Below, in pieces: positions 26,629 to 26,796 of a stretch of DNA of 26,796 bases. Location: assembly GCA_964005815.1 (NCBI GenBank), contig CAXFSR010000054.1, positions 1 through 26,796 on the forward strand, in the 5' to 3' direction. The position numbers and the translations under genes were made by a program. Each line of letters starts with the position of its first letter. The first letter of the stretch is position 1. This DNA is from an uncultured Nitrospinaceae bacterium (lineage in GTDB: Bacteria; UBA8248). Under the pieces are notes generated by a model. It had not been told where the DNA came from. It ran no database searches and saw only the letters and a program-made list of their open reading frames with translations.

Positions 26629-26796
26629 TTATTCTCTAAGTTCATAAATAGATACAATAATTTTTTCATTGTTTCTAAAACGTTTACTCCCTACCAATTT
26701 CATAAACTCTTCAGAAGACAGAAATCTAACACAACACTTCTCTAGTCTTCCCATAAGCTGTGAAGCAATGCCCCAATGACTCCAATTCAAACCAGG
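26629..26796 (-). CDS. C-terminal fragment of an upstream operon gene (unknown function)
   Basis: Manual translation, open from the window edge: PGLNWSHWGIASQLMGRLEKCCVRFLSSEEFMKLVGSKRFRNNEKIIVSIYELRE*. Stop lies 8 bp before the ligase-like start. Confidence 0.55.
   Translation of the reverse strand, partial: PGLNWSHWGIASQLMGRLEKCCVRFLSSEEFMKLVGSKRFRNNEKIIVSIYELRE

Noticed and set aside
14169..26796. Integrative element or prophage at tRNA-Glu
   Set aside because: No integrase, transposase, phage genes or att duplication seen within the window.
1..26796. CRISPR array, riboswitch or long tandem DNA repeat
   Set aside because: No regularly spaced repeats were seen and intergenic gaps are mostly too short. 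The only repeated sequence noticed is the diverged paralogous gene pairs.

Overview
AT-rich, very densely packed bacterial DNA with two functional blocks separated by a tRNA-Glu(CTC) gene at 14169-14243. Left block (1-13.2 kb) is a catabolic/scavenging patchwork: partial CocE/NonD hydrolase, amidohydrolase, MFS transporter, three luciferase-like (LLM) flavin oxidoreductases (two are SsuD-like paralogues), a CMD/AhpD-like protein, a ThiO-like FAD oxidase, an EamA transporter, a complete TRAP transporter (dctQMP) and an SDR. No regulator or flavin reductase was seen. Right block (13.2-26.8 kb) is a cell-surface glycan locus: three SAM methyltransferases, two tandem paralogous GT-C-like (DUF6798-type) membrane proteins, and a minus-strand operon. 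That operon runs O-antigen-ligase-like protein, methyltransferase, minimal Rieske [2Fe-2S] protein, stand-alone Rieske-oxygenase-type Fe catalytic domain, phosphoglycosyl transferase, geranylgeranyl-reductase-family enzyme, methyltransferase, ArnT/GT39 glycosyltransferase, DprE1-like FAD oxidoreductase. The most unusual element is this operon: an apparently split Rieske oxygenase, a GGR and an orphan DprE1-like oxidase sit among lipid-linked glycosylation genes, which suggests an undescribed redox-tailoring system for a polyprenyl-linked glycan or glycolipid. All calls come from reading motifs by eye; no searches were run.
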